DNA of 64,000 bases from Squalus acanthias (Eukaryota): assembly GCA_030390025.1 (NCBI GenBank), contig CM059432.1, positions 8,370,001 through 8,434,000 of the forward strand. The letters are read 5' to 3'. Positions 35,518 to 48,047 of the stretch are shown here, piece after piece. Under the pieces are notes generated by a model. That model saw only the letters and a program-made list of their open reading frames with translations, was not told the DNA's origin and did not search any database. Both the position numbers and the translations under genes were made by a program. Position 1 is the first letter of the stretch. Each line of letters starts with the position of its first letter.

Positions 35518-37919
35518 ACAGAGTCATAACGGCACAGAAGGAGGCCATTCGGCCCATCAAGTCCGTGCCGGCTCTCTGTAGAGCAATCCAGTCAGTCCCA
35601 TTCCCCCGCTCTATCCCCGTAGCCCTGCAAGTTTATTTCCCTCAAGTGGGCCGCCCGCCATATTGGTAAAGGCTTCCGGGTAGGCGTCCAGGGCTCACAC
35701 CTGAAACAGGCGTTCACTCATAATCCCCGTGTAACTTTGCCTTCTCAAATTACTTTTATTTTCTCACTTCGATTTGTGTCTCTATTTTAGAATCTCTCTC
35801 ATACGCACTCAGTTCTTTTCACCGCGCCTTTGTTTCTTTCACTTAGGGTTGTACTCATCGGCCCTGCTCCATTCTCTCGCCTGGTTTGTCTCTGTGTTCA
35901 CGTACCACCTTGTTAGATTCTTCTTAAGTCCTTAAGGTTTTTTTTTAAAAAATCATCATTATTCATCTCTCTCCTTTTCCCATGCCTATCCTCATATCGC
36001 ACTTATGAATTTCAATTAAGGCACATATAATTGTTCAACTCACACTTTCCTCCTTCCAAGGGAGGCATTCTTTGTCTCGGTGTGTATCTGTTTTTTTAAA
36101 TTCACTACAGGTTTTAGTTCTATTTAGACCCTCGACATGTCTTGTTTTGTTCTGATAAATCATCCTATTCACAGTTAAATCATTCAGTCAACCTACTCCT
36201 TCAGCACTGATGCCAATGTAGCCTTGCTATTTAGGTCTGTGCATTAATTTCGAACACTACTCGCATGCAACTCAGTCAGCCTAATTAGAAGTTATCTCTC
36301 ACGCCAGCTTATCTGTAAACCTCTTCATTCGATTAATGTATAGCAGGAAACGGTGTTGTCTTTACATAGACTGGGAGAAGCAGAACATCGGAACAGGAGT
36401 GGGCCGTTCAGCCCCTCGAACTTGTTCTGCCATTCAATCAGATCATGGCTGATCCATATCTTAACTCCATCTACCCACCTTGGTTCCGTCACCATTAATA
36501 CCCTTGCCTAGCAAAAAAATCTATCAATTTCAGTTTTGACATTTTCAATTGACGCCCCCCCACCCCCCCCCACCCACCCCACCACCCCACCACCCCCCCC
36601 ACCAGCCTCAACATCTTTTTGGGGGAGAGAGTTTCAGATTTCCGCTACCCTTTGTGTGAAGAGGTGCTTCCTGACATCACCCCTGAACGGCCTGGCTCTA
36701 ATTTTAAGGGTATTCGCCCCCCTCAAAAAGCTGTGGATGCTCGGTCAATTGAAGCTTTCAAGGCTGTGATCGATAGAGTGTTGTTATCCATAAAAGGATA
36801 TGGAGTAACAGAGGGTAAATGGCGTTGAGATACAGGTCAGCCAAGATCTAATGGAATGCCGGAACAGGCTCGATGGGCTGAATGGCCTACTCCTGTTCCT
36901 GTGGTCCTATGTCGTATCAGCTGGTGTTATCAGTTAATTAAGGCTGAGTATAAATGGGAGATATAATTGGGTCCATTTTATTGTTGCAGTATGTTACATT
37001 AAAATCCGATTTGACTAAATACATCTGCTATTCAAACTGAAAAGATAGCAATGTTGTGTTCAATAGATTGTTTATGGTTGTGGAAGCAGATTCAGTAGTA
37101 ACGTTTAAAAGGGAATTGGATCTCTACTTGGAAAAGGAAACATTTGCAGGGCTATGGGAAAAGAGCAGGGGGAGTGGGACTAATTGAATAGCTCGACCAA
37201 AGAGCCGGCACAGGCACGATGGGTCGAATGGCCTCCTTCTGTGCTGTATCATTCTATTTCTTATGACTGCTAAAAAAAAATTAACCTTTGCCCTTGTGGA
37301 TTCATCCAAGTTCATCGTTTTAATGCTTTTCATAATGCTTTGTTAGATATTAATTTACTAAAGTGTTTTAAATGGGTTATTATTTAACAAATCTGTACGG
37401 TGCAACAAATATTTGAAGAAAACATGTAACTCGTCCACAGGCAAAATGTGTTTGCTAACCATTGGTAGTTAAATGCTTCTTTTCAACTCTGATGTTCTTA
37501 TCTGGTGTCCTGGCCAATCAACCAACCTCACCAAAACAGATTGTCTGGTCATTATCACATTGTTGTTTGTGGGAGCTTGCTGTGCGTAAATTGGCTGCCG
37601 CGTTTCCCTAGATCACAGCAGTGACTACACTTCAAAAGTACTTCATTGGCTGTAAAGCGCTTTGGGACGTCCTGAGGTCGGGAAAGACGCTATTTAAATG
37701 CAAGTCTTTCTTTCTTATCAGCAAGCAAGTTATATCAATTCTTAAGCATGATGCAGACTGTCTGTTTGAGCAATAAGATAAGAGGGAATTTACAACCTGC
37801 CAACGAGTCAAAAGGCCAGCAGCCAAATTGGAAGAAGTCGTTCAAAGCCGACAAGAACCTTCAGTTTGTTGATGAAATATTCTAAAAAGCTAAGGAAGGG
37901 TCAGCTGGTCAAGAGTTAT

Positions 37920-39980
37920 TGATCCAGAATTTGCAGAGAAATTAATGGTGAATGAACGACGCCCGCCGTTATTAATGCATAAATGATCCAGCGACTTGTG
38001 GCGAGGAAGAGACTCCCCGTGAATTGCGAGTCGCCACAATTTGCTGGATGATTTGCGTCGCTCCGCCGTCAGCCTCGTGGAAAACGGCATCTCGCCCTTG
38101 ACCTCCCCGTGAGCTTCATGAAGTTGCCGCATTTGCGCATTAATCGGCCAGAGAAATTAAGTCGAGTAATTAACGACGCAAGTACCTATTAACAATTTGA
38201 TAATTGTTAATGACTGCCAATCAAACTCTCTTGCCCAGAAAGTGAACAATTAAAAGTGTGGAGTCTTATTCCTTCAGGTTGTGAATTGTTGTTGGAGATT
38301 TTACGAATGTTAAACTTAATTTTTTTCTTACTTTTTCTTTCTCTTTTTTCTCTCTCTTCATCCAAGCTTTCTTACCCTCTCGTTATTTCTCTTTCTGTCC
38401 TTGACTTGACATTGAATTCACCCGCTGTAATTCACCCTCCTTCTCAGTCCTGCCTCTGTTTATTTCTCGATCCTGAAATCTCATTGGCTAAAGAGATACA
38501 GGCTGGAATTTTCAGAAGTAAGAATGGGTTTGTTGGAGGCCAGGATGGGGGGGAAGCGAAAGTTGTAAAAATGTAAAACCCGACCTCAACCCACCTCCAA
38601 CCTGACCACTTTCACCTTTCACTCAGGCGGGACGGGGGTGGGGTAGGGGGGAAGGCGGGCTGCCAACCCGCTACCAGGAGGGGGGTTGACAATTTAAATA
38701 TTATAACGAGGCCTGAAGCCTCTGCTTTAACCTGCTTTGCAGGTTTTACTGCAGGCGGCCGGGGATCCCGGGGCCCGGGATATAGACAGGCTAAGTGAGT
38801 GGGCAGGAACATGGCAAATGGAATATCACGTGGAGAAATGTGAAGTTATCCACTTTGGTAGGAAAAATAGAAAAGCAGAGTATTTTTTAAATGGTGAGAG
38901 ATTGGGAAATGTTGGTGTTCAGAGGGACCTGGGTGTCCTTGTACACAAATCACTGAAAGTTAACATGCAGGTACAGCAAGCAACTAGGAAAGCAAATGGT
39001 ATGTTGGCCTTTATTTCAAGAGGATTTGAGTATAAGAGTAAAGACATCTTACTGCAATTATATAGGGCCCTGGTGAGACTACACCTGGAGTATTGTGTAC
39101 AGTTTTGGTCTCCTTACCTAAGGAAGGATATACTTGCCATAGAGGGAGTGCAACGAAGGTTCACTAGACTGATTCCTGGGATGGCGGGATTGTCCTATCA
39201 GGAGAGATTGAGTAGACTAGGCCTATATTCTCTAAAGTTTAGAAGAATGAGAGGTGATCTCATTGAAACATACAAAATTCTTACAGGGCTTGACAGGGTC
39301 GATGCAGGGAGGATGTTTCTTCTGGCTGGGGAATCTAGAACCAGGGGTCACAGTCTCAGAATAAGGGGTCGGCCATTTAGGACTGAGATGAGAAGAAATT
39401 TCATCGCTCAGAGGGTGGTGAATCTTTGGAATTCTCTGCCCCAGGCTGTGGAGGCTCAGTCATTGAGAATATTCAAGACAGAGATCGATAGATTTCTGAA
39501 TATTAAGGGAATCAAGGGATATGGGGATAGTGCAGGAAAGTGGAGATGAGGTAGAAGATCAGCCATGATCTTGTTGAATGGTAAAGCAGGCTCGAGGGGC
39601 CGAATGGCCGACTCCTGCTCCTATTTCTTATGTTCTTAAGTTCTCAGCCTCGGGGAGCAATCCTTCTGGGCCGGGAGGAGCAGGAGTGCTTCCTCCCGGC
39701 CCCCAAGCCCCACAGCATGCCGAGAAACCCGAACGTCTGGGTTTCCCGTTGTCTCCCGGCTCCCCCCACCCTGCACCGTGCGGGTGGGAAACAGGAAAAA
39801 TCCCGCCCACACTGTTGGTCCTGTCGTTCACCAAGGTCCCAGATGTCCCGTAGCTCTTGCCGCTCCGTTATCAGCTCGCACTTCCAGTGGGCAAAATAAA
39901 TCTTTGAGACGAAGGCTGCATGAACAAGTCTAACTAACGATTCATGCTGGGAAATGCCCCGTTTCAGCAAATTCTGCGCC
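37920..39980 (-). mobile_element. MITE family A containing MITE family B (38501-39808), which contains a CR1
   Basis: Family A homology breaks at 38500 and resumes at 39812; ACA flanks family B on both sides. Confidence 0.7.
38781..39638 (+). mobile_element. CR1 ORF2 3' fragment
   Basis: ORF to 39549: WQMEY.VEKCEVIHFG...HLEYCVQFWSP...LWNSLP. Confidence 0.95.
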
Positions 39981-40484
39981 TATGTCTGCAAGATATGGAT
40001 TGGCAATTAGAAGTGCCAGAAAATAATTTGACATTCCTTTTGCTCTAGCAACTCTTCTGATTTCAGAATTTAAAGATTGTCAAAGTCTGACATCTATCCG
40101 ACAATGTGGAAAACTGCCCAGGTATGTCCTGTCTACAAAAAGCAGGACAAATCCAATCCGGCCAATTACCGCCCCATCAGTCTACTCTCAATCATCAGCA
40201 AAGGGATGGAAGGTGTCATCGACAGTGCTATCAAGCGGCACTTACTCACCAATAACCTGCTCACTGATGCCCAGTTTGGCTTCCGCCAAGACCACTCAGC
40301 TCCCGACCTCATTACAGCCTTGGTCCAAACATGGACAAAAGAGCTGAATTCCAGAGGTGAGGTGAGAGTGACTGCCTTTGACATCAAGGCAGCATTTGAC
40401 CGAGTGTGGCATGAAGGAGCCCTAGTGAAACTTAAGTGAGAAGTCGCACAACACCAGGTTATTGTCCAACAGTTTTATTTGAAA

Positions 40485-40522
40485 TCACAAGCTTTCGGAG
40501 CTGCTGCCCCTTCGTCAGGTGA
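40485..40522 (-). ncRNA. Minimal hammerhead ribozyme, family H1 (inverted arm)
   Basis: Exact reverse complement of 41136-41173. Confidence 0.78.
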
Positions 40523-41135
40523 AGTGAAGGAATACGAATCGGCAAAGCATATATAGACAGAGAACAATGCCTGTGTAGCGTACATTGTCAGACGACTACA
40601 TTTTATCTTTCTGACTGCCTTTCATCACACCTCGGCAGAGAAACAATCAGGTCAGCCAGGAAGGCACCACATCAAAGACATAGCAAGATACAACTGAGAC
40701 AATGAGGTGCGGTCAACGACAACGCAAAATCATCGAGCAGAAACTGATAGCCAAGTTCCGCACTCATGAGGACGGCCTCAACCGGGATCTTGGGTTCATG
40801 TCACGCTACATGATGTAGAGTCATCCAGACTCGAGTCATCATTGGCTTGTTCACAGATGTGATTTCCAGTAAAAAAAAGTAAAAATTTTAAAGTTTATGG
40901 TTTTCCATACAGACTGCAGCATCTGCCACATTAGACCCCCTGTGACCCCACCTCATTGTCTCAGTTGTATCTTGCTATGTCTTTGATGTGGTGCCTTCCT
41001 GGCTGACCTGATTGTTTCTCTGCCGAGGTGTGATGAAAGGCAGTCAGAAAGATAAAATGTAGTCGTCTGACAATGTACGCTACACAGGCATTGTTCTCTG
41101 TCTATATATGCTTTGCCGATTCGTATTCCTTCACT

Positions 41136-41173
41136 TCACCTGACGAAGGGGCAGCAGCTCCGAAAGCTTGTGA
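41136..41173 (+). ncRNA. Minimal hammerhead ribozyme, family H1
   Basis: TCAC-CTGACGA-A-GGGGC(AGCA)GCTCC-GAAA-GC-TT-GTGA. Confidence 0.78.
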
Positions 41174-44100
41174 TTTCAAATAACACTGTTGGACTATAAC
41201 CTGGTGCTGTGCGACTTCTCACTTTTGTCCACCCCAGTCCAACACCGGCATCTCCGCATCATAGTAAAACTTAAGTCGATGGGAATCGGGGGGGAAACTC
41301 TCCACTGGCTGGAGTCATACCTAGCACAAAGGAAGATGGTTGTGGTGATTGAAGGTCAATCATCACAGCCCCAGGACATTGCTGCAGGAGTTCGTCAGGG
41401 CAGTGTCCTAGGCCCAACCATCTTCAGCTGCTTCATCAATGACCTTCCCTCCAACATAAGGTCAGAAATGGGGATGTTCGCTGATGACTGCACAGTGTTC
41501 AGTGCCATTCACAACTCCTCAGATAATGAAGCAATCCATGCCCGCATGCAACAAGACCTGGACGACGTTCAGGCTTCGGCTGATAAGTGGCAGGTAACAT
41601 TCGTGCCACACAAGTGCCAGGCAATGACTATCTCCAACAATCGAGAGTCTAACCACCGGCCCTTGACATTCAATGGCATTACCATCGCCGAATCCCCCAC
41701 CATCAACATCCTGGGGGTCACCATTGACCAGAAACTTAACTGGACCAGCCACATAAATACTGTGGCAACAAGAGCAGGTGTGTGTCTCACCTCCTGACTC
41801 CCCAAAGCCTTTCCAACATCTACAAGGCACAAGTCAGCAGTGTGATGGAATACTCTCCACTTGCCTGGATGAGTGCAGCTCCAACAACACTCAAGAAGCT
41901 CGACACCATCCAGGACAAAGCAGCCCACTTGATTGGCATCCCATCTACCACCTTAAACATTCACTCCCTCCACCACCGGCGTACCGTGGCTGCAGTGTGT
42001 ACCATCTACAAGATGCACTGCAGCAACTCGCCAAGGCTTCTTCGGCAGCACCTCCCAAACCCGCGACCTCTTCCACCTAGAAGGACAAGGGCAGCAGGCA
42101 CATGGGAACACCACCACCTCCAAGTTCCCCTCCAAGTCACACACCATCCTGACTTAGAAGTATATCGCTGATCCTTCATCGTCGCTGGGTCAAAATCCTG
42201 GAACTCCCTCCCTAACAGCACAGTGGGAGTACCTTCACCACACGGACTGCAGCGGTTCAAGAAGGCGGCTCACCACCACCTTCTCAAGGGCAACTAGGGA
42301 TGGGCAATAAATGCTGGCCCTGCCAGCGACGTCCACATTCCAGGAACGAATAAAAAAAAGTCACTGCTGTGTGTCTGGAATTAACGTACAGATGATTAAA
42401 AAGCCCTAAAACTGCAGAATTTACCATGTCATTTTTTTTTTAAAGAAACGTACTTTTTCCATTATAAATATGACCAAGCGTCCAGTGACCCTGGCTTGGG
42501 ATGAATGTTTCATGATTGGTTTCTGGACTTCACCGTTTTAATTTGCAAAAAATGGTCATTTCTATTCATGGTGGCCCGTGCTGCAGACCCTTTTATTAAT
42601 GATTCCTGCCCTTCGGAAAAAAGGAAAAGCTTTAGAGAGTTGTGTTAACACAGCACCTCCACCGAATAATTCATAAGAATGTTCTAACATCATCATAAAA
42701 CACAAGAGACAGATTACTTTTGTGCTGCTTGACCTGATTCTGGTTATTAAGTGGTTTCCGTACCATTTTCACTCATATCCCTCGTGACGTGGCTGATGCC
42801 TGATCCGGTGCTCAGTTTCTTTGGCCAGTTGCTGATTAGCATTTCAGTTGAGTTTGCGAAATGATACTTGCCCTTCCCTGGCTCATGTCCTGTGGGCCAT
42901 ACATAATGCATCGGCTATTCATAAACCCTTTAAACTGGCCTTTAACCTCGAATATATTTTTTTTTACTGATCTCTTCGTTTTGTCCCTTTTTTTTTTAGT
43001 ATCTGACACGCTCCATCAGAAGTGCTCCGTTTTCAGGGTATTTATCACCGATATCATTCTTGCTGAATTGCAGATATTGTGCCAGTTTAATGGACCCAAT
43101 GGGGAAGGCCATCATTCGAGTTAAGATAGTTAGAAGACTAGTTAATGTCTGAATGTTAAGCTATGTCCCAGCAGGGCACTCTCCTGCTGTATGTAATTCC
43201 CATCACAATTTCAGATAATGTCAGATGTACCTGCAGGTTCTAGCTTTCTGCCAAATTACAATTTCTGTGTCTATTATTCATCGTGATCACCAGCTAATGT
43301 TTCAAAGCTGTCAAACAGGAATTTCAAAAAAGTTCGATTCAGTACTTTTTCAGATAGTCATGTTGCTCCAATTGTTCTTGATTGCCAGCTTCGAGACTCT
43401 TATTTGCACCCCCCCCCCCCACCCAACCTCCCCCCCCGCCTGCCCAAAATGCTTCTATGGCTTTGTTCCTTTAGTGCACGGTGAAGTACGTTATATAAGG
43501 GAAGTATTTGTACATTCAGTTAAGTAACAATCTCCTGACAGGCTCCCAAGAGAAGTTATTACTTGAAGACTTGCATACAGGATCAGAAAAAGACCATGAT
43601 GATCCATCAGGCTGTTCCCAAAGATTGAAATTTATCATACACTCTCTCAGAGCCTCAATTGTTTTCCTTGTTAAATGCGCTTGAACTTACCGACCACCAT
43701 CACTTGCATTGCCTCCCTGAGAAATCCATTCTGTAAAGGTATTACATAGCATTTACAGCACAGAGACAGGCCATTCGGCCCAACAGGTCTATGCCGGTGT
43801 TTATGCTCCACACGAGCCCCCTCCCACCCCTACTTCATCTCAGCCCATCAACATCTCCTTCTATTCCTTTCTCCCTCATGTGCGTATCTAGCTTCCCCTT
43901 GAATGCATCTATGCTTTTCGCCTCAATTACTCCCTGTGTTAACGAATTCCACATTCTCACCACTCTCTTGGTAAAGATGTTTCTCCTGAATTCCCTATTG
44001 GATTTATTAGTGACTATCTTATTTATGGCCCCTCGTTCTGGTCTCGCCTGCAAGTGGAAACATCATCTCTACTTCTACCCTATCAAACCCACAATCAGGT

Positions 44101-44946
44101 CACTCAGAAAAGAGCCCCAGCCTGTTCAATCTTTCCTGATACTTATATCATCTCAGTTCTGATGTCATTCTAGTAACTCTTTTCTGCACCTTTTCCAGTG
44201 CTTTTATAGCCTTTTTTTAATAATATGGAGACCAGAACTGTACACAGTACTCAAAGTCTGGTCTAACCAAGGTTCTATACAAGTTTAACATAACTTCTCT
44301 GCTTTTAAATTCTATCCCTCTAGAAATAGAGTCATAGATAGAGTCACAGAGTTATACAGCACAGAAAGAGGCCCTTCGGCCCATCGTGTCCGCGCCGGCC
44401 TTCAAGCCCGGTCTATTCTAATCCCACTTTCCAGCACTTGGTCCGTAGCCTTGTATGCTATGACGTTTCAAGTGCTCATCTAAATACTTCTTGAATGTTG
44501 TGAGGGTTCCTGCCTCTTCCACCCTTTCAGGCAGTGAGTTCCAGATTCCAACCACCCTCTGGGTGAAAAAGTTTTTCCTCAAATCCCCTTTAAACCTCCT
44601 GCCTCTTACCTTGAAACTATGCCCCCTGGTTATTGACCCCTCTACTAAGGGGAAAAGTTCCTTTCTATCTACCCTATCTATGCCCCTCATAATTTTGTAC
44701 ACCTCAATCAGGTCCCCCCTCAGCCTTCTCTGCTCTAAGGAAAACAACCCCAGCTTGTCCATTCTCTCTTCATAACTGAAGCGCTCCAGCCCAGGTAACA
44801 TGCTGGTGAATCTCCTCTGCACCCTCTCCAATGCAATCACATCCTTCCTATAGTGTGGCGACTAGAACTGCACACACAATTCCAGCTGTGGCCTAACTAG
44901 CATTTTGTACAGCTCCATCATAACCTCCCTGCTCTTATATTCTATG

Positions 44947-45126
44947 TTATAGTCGAACAGTTATATTTGAAATCACAAGCTTTCGGAGCGCTGCTCCTTC
45001 GTCAGGTGAAGCAGCAGCGCTCCGAAAGCTTGTGATTTCAAATAAAGCTGTTGGACTATAACCTGGTGTTGTGCGACTTCTCACATTTGTCCACCCCAGT
45101 CCAACACCGGCATCTCCACATCATGG
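44947..45126 (+). mobile_element. 180-bp inverted mini-PLE (family H1)
   Basis: Inverted pLTR pieces plus the same 3' tail as 41225-41261; exact 13-bp TSD CTTATATTCTATG. Confidence 0.88.
44973..45009 (-). ncRNA. Minimal hammerhead ribozyme, family H1
   Basis: Minus strand reads TCAC-CTGACGA-A-GGAGC(AGC)GCTCC-GAAA-GC-TT-GTGA. Confidence 0.78.
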
Positions 45127-46569
45127 CTTATATTCTATGCCTCGGCTAATGAAGGCAAGTATCCCATATGCCTTTTTAACCACCTTATCTACCTGTCCTG
45201 CTGCCTTCAGGGATCTATGTACATGCACGCCAAGGTCCCTCTGATCCTCTGTCCATCCTAGGGTCCTACCATTCATTGTGTTTCCCCTTGCCTTGTTAGT
45301 CCTCCCAAAATGCATCACCTCACACTTTTCAGGGTTAAATTCCATTTGCCACTGTTCTGCCCATCTGACCAACCCATCTATATCGTCCTGTAGCCTGAGG
45401 TTTCCCTCGTCGCTATTTACCACTCCACCAATTTTCGTGTCATCTGCGAACTTACTGATCATACCTCTACATTCATATCTAAATCATTAATGAAATCCAG
45501 TGCGTTGTTTGCTGTGTAAAGTAATTAAATCTAAACACTCTTCTCATCTCTTTACCTTCTCTAGATATTGTGATTACATAAGCATATCATCAAGGCTTAG
45601 TTTGTTTATCATTTTAAGACCTCGAATGCTTCCAATAAGATCTCTTCTGAGCCTTCTCTTAATGATAAACATTCTCAATTTCTCCTGGTAGCTAAAGTCC
45701 ACAATTCCAAATCATTAGTCACTCTTCACTGTACCTTCTCCACAGCCAAGATATCCCTCTGTTAAAATGCCTCAGATCAATGCCTTGAACAGACTCCATG
45801 GAAAGAACACTCCAAAGAGGACACAAAGCTAGCTGCCCATTTTACACCATCTCCTCCTGAAGTCAATAGAAACAAAATTCCAGCATGGTGTATATCGGGT
45901 GGCTGATCTGTTTACCTGATGTTATTTTCTTGACACCAGCCCTGATTTTCTCAACTTCTTCAAATTTGTCCCAGAGATTCTAAATACCACCTCTTCCCCA
46001 GTATTGTCTCAACTTTCTGGATTTCTGTTGCTTCACTCTTTGGCATCAAACCGATCCTGCCTCTATGATCTATATAGAATCATAATAGAATGATACAGCA
46101 CAAAAAGAGGCCATTTGGCCCATCGTGCCTGTGCTGGCTCTTTGAAAGAGCTATCCCATTAGACCCACTCCTTTGCTCTTTTCCAAATAGCCCTGCAATT
46201 TTTTCCTTTTCAACTATTTATCCAATTCCCTTTTGAAAGTTACTACTGAATCTGTTTCCACCGCCCTTTCAGGCAGCGCATTCCAGATCACAACAACTCG
46301 CTGCGTAAAAAAATGTTTCCTCATGTCGCCTCTAGTTCTTTTGACAATTGTCTTAAATCTGTGTTCTCTGGCTTTTTTTCATCTCCCAAAGCAACTCTCA
46401 ATTTTTTATTCTCACTGCTATATTTCTAAATCTTATTTCCGTTCCTTCCCTGCTCCTTTGCCATTTGTTGAGCGTACTTTTCCTTTAGCCAAGCTAAAGC
46501 CATGGGTGCAATTTTGCTAGAAAATGGGGGACACGCAGTCAAGCTCAGTTGGTATGTCCTATCCTCAAT

Positions 46570-47088
46570 TCATAAGAACATAAGAAATAGGAGCAGGAGG
46601 AGGCCATACGCCCCCTCGAGCCTGCTCCGCCATTCAATAAGATCATCGTTGATCTTCGACCTCAACTCCACTTTCCTGCCCTGTCCCCATATCCCTTGAT
46701 TCCCTTAGTGTCCAAAAATCTATCGATCTCTGTCTTGAATATACTCAACGACTGAGCATCCACAGCCCTCTGGGGTAGAGAATTCCAAAGATTTTTCCAC
46801 CCTCTGAGTGAAGAAATTTCTCCTCATCTCAGTCCTAAATGGCCGATCCTTTATCCTGAGGCTATGACCCTTAGTTCTAGACTCTCCAGCCAGGGGAAAC
46901 AGCTTCTCAGCATCTACTCTTTCAAGCACTCTAAGAATTTTATATGTTTCAATGAGATCACCCCTCATTCTTCTAAACTCCAGAGAATGTATGCCCATTC
47001 TACTCAATTTCTCCTCATAAGACAGCCCTCTCATCCCAGGAATCAATTTAGTGAACCTTTGTTGCACCCCCTCTAAGGCAAGTATATT
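46570..47088 (-). mobile_element. CR1 3' fragment
   Basis: ILALEGVQQRFTKLIPGM..RMRGDLIETYKI. Confidence 0.92.
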
Positions 47089-47915
47089 GTTCCCCTTCCC
47101 ACTGTCCAGGGCCCCAAACACCCCTTCCAGGTGAAACAGCGATTTACTTGTACTTCCTGCAATCTAGTATACTGTATTCGCTGCTCACGATGTGGTCTCC
47201 TCTACATTGGGGAGACCAAACGCAAATTGGGTGACCGCTTTGCGGAACACCTCCGTTCAGTCCGTAAGGGGGACCCCGAGCTCCCGGTGGCCTGTCACTT
47301 TAATTCACCGCTCCACTCGCACTCTGATCCTCACCGTCCTCGGCCTCTTGCATTGTTCCAACGAAGCTCAGCGTAAGCTCGAGGAACAGCACCTCATCTT
47401 TCGATTAGGCACTCTACAGCCCTCTGGACTCAACATAGAGTTCAACAATTTCAGATCATAACCCCGGCCCCTATCACATATATATATATATTTTTTTTTT
47501 ATCCACACTTTTGTTTGGCCTTTTTTTCTTCCCTCCCACATGACAGCTGTCCTTCATTCTGCCAGCGCAATTCACACTTCATCTAGAGCCATCCTTTGTT
47601 CCTCAACCTGTCCCATTTCCACCTCGTCTTGCCTTGAATATCTCTTAATGTCTCTCAATGTCTCTTAATCTCTTCCGCCTTCTATCCTATCACTGACCTC
47701 CCCTTTTGTTCTTTCATCCCCTCCCCCTTTTCCCAGCCCCTACACTTGCTTTAAAATCTATTTCATTTCCTGCTTTTTTCCAGTTCTGACGAAAGGTCTT
47801 CGACCTGAAATGTTAACTCTGTTTCTCTCTCCACGGATGCTGCCTGGCCTGCTGAGTTTTTCCAGCGTTTTCTGTTGTCATTTCGGATTTCCAGCATCCG
47901 CAGTATTTTGCTATC
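47089..47915 (+). mobile_element. Penelope-like element 3' part with frameshifted GIY-YIG endonuclease (family H2)
   Basis: FTCTS.NLVYCIRCSRCGLLYIGETKR.LGDRFAEH ... QRKLEEQHLIFRLGTLQPSGLNIEF. Confidence 0.93.
47782..47818 (+). ncRNA. Minimal hammerhead ribozyme, family H2 (CG>TG change in the palindrome)
   Basis: AGTT-CTGACGA-A-AGGTC(TTC)GACCT-GAAA-TG-TT-AACT. Confidence 0.68.
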
Positions 47916-48047
47916 GTACAAGTATATTGTTCCTTTGCCTCTGGATAATCAGCTGATACTGATTCAGGTTTAATTGATACAGCACAGAAGGAGACCATTC
48001 GGCCCATCATGTCTGTGCCAGCTCTTTGGCAGAGCTATCAATTAGTT

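Larger units (their letters stand above)
40438..41261 (+). mobile_element. Penelope-like element with inverted pseudo-LTR (family H1)
   Basis: About 280-bp inverted arms (40434-40715 and 40943-41224). The spacer encodes QRKIIEQKLIAKFRTHEDGLNRDLGFMSRY (PLE C-terminus). 15-bp TSD TAGT(G/A)AAACTTAAGT. Confidence 0.9.
40085..42360 (+). mobile_element. CR1/Jockey-group LINE RT region with 3' UTR, interrupted by a PLE
   Basis: NYRPISLLSIISK, QFGFR, DIKAAFDRVWH, QGSVLGP, FADD, KAQV.SVMEY; A-rich tail. Confidence 0.92.
43740..45495 (-). mobile_element. Two adjacent CR1 fragments (43740-44325 and 44326-45495), the second split by a mini-PLE
   Basis: ISKFADDTKIGG..WQMEFNPEKCEVMHFG; ERVQRRFT..RLRGDLIEVYK. 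Confidence 0.92.

Noticed and set aside
42999..43125. Host exons at strong-looking acceptors (also near 12886, 23585 and 61909)
   Set aside because: The peptides are unrecognisable, donors are weak, and no consistent multi-exon frame could be assembled. RNA-seq would be needed.
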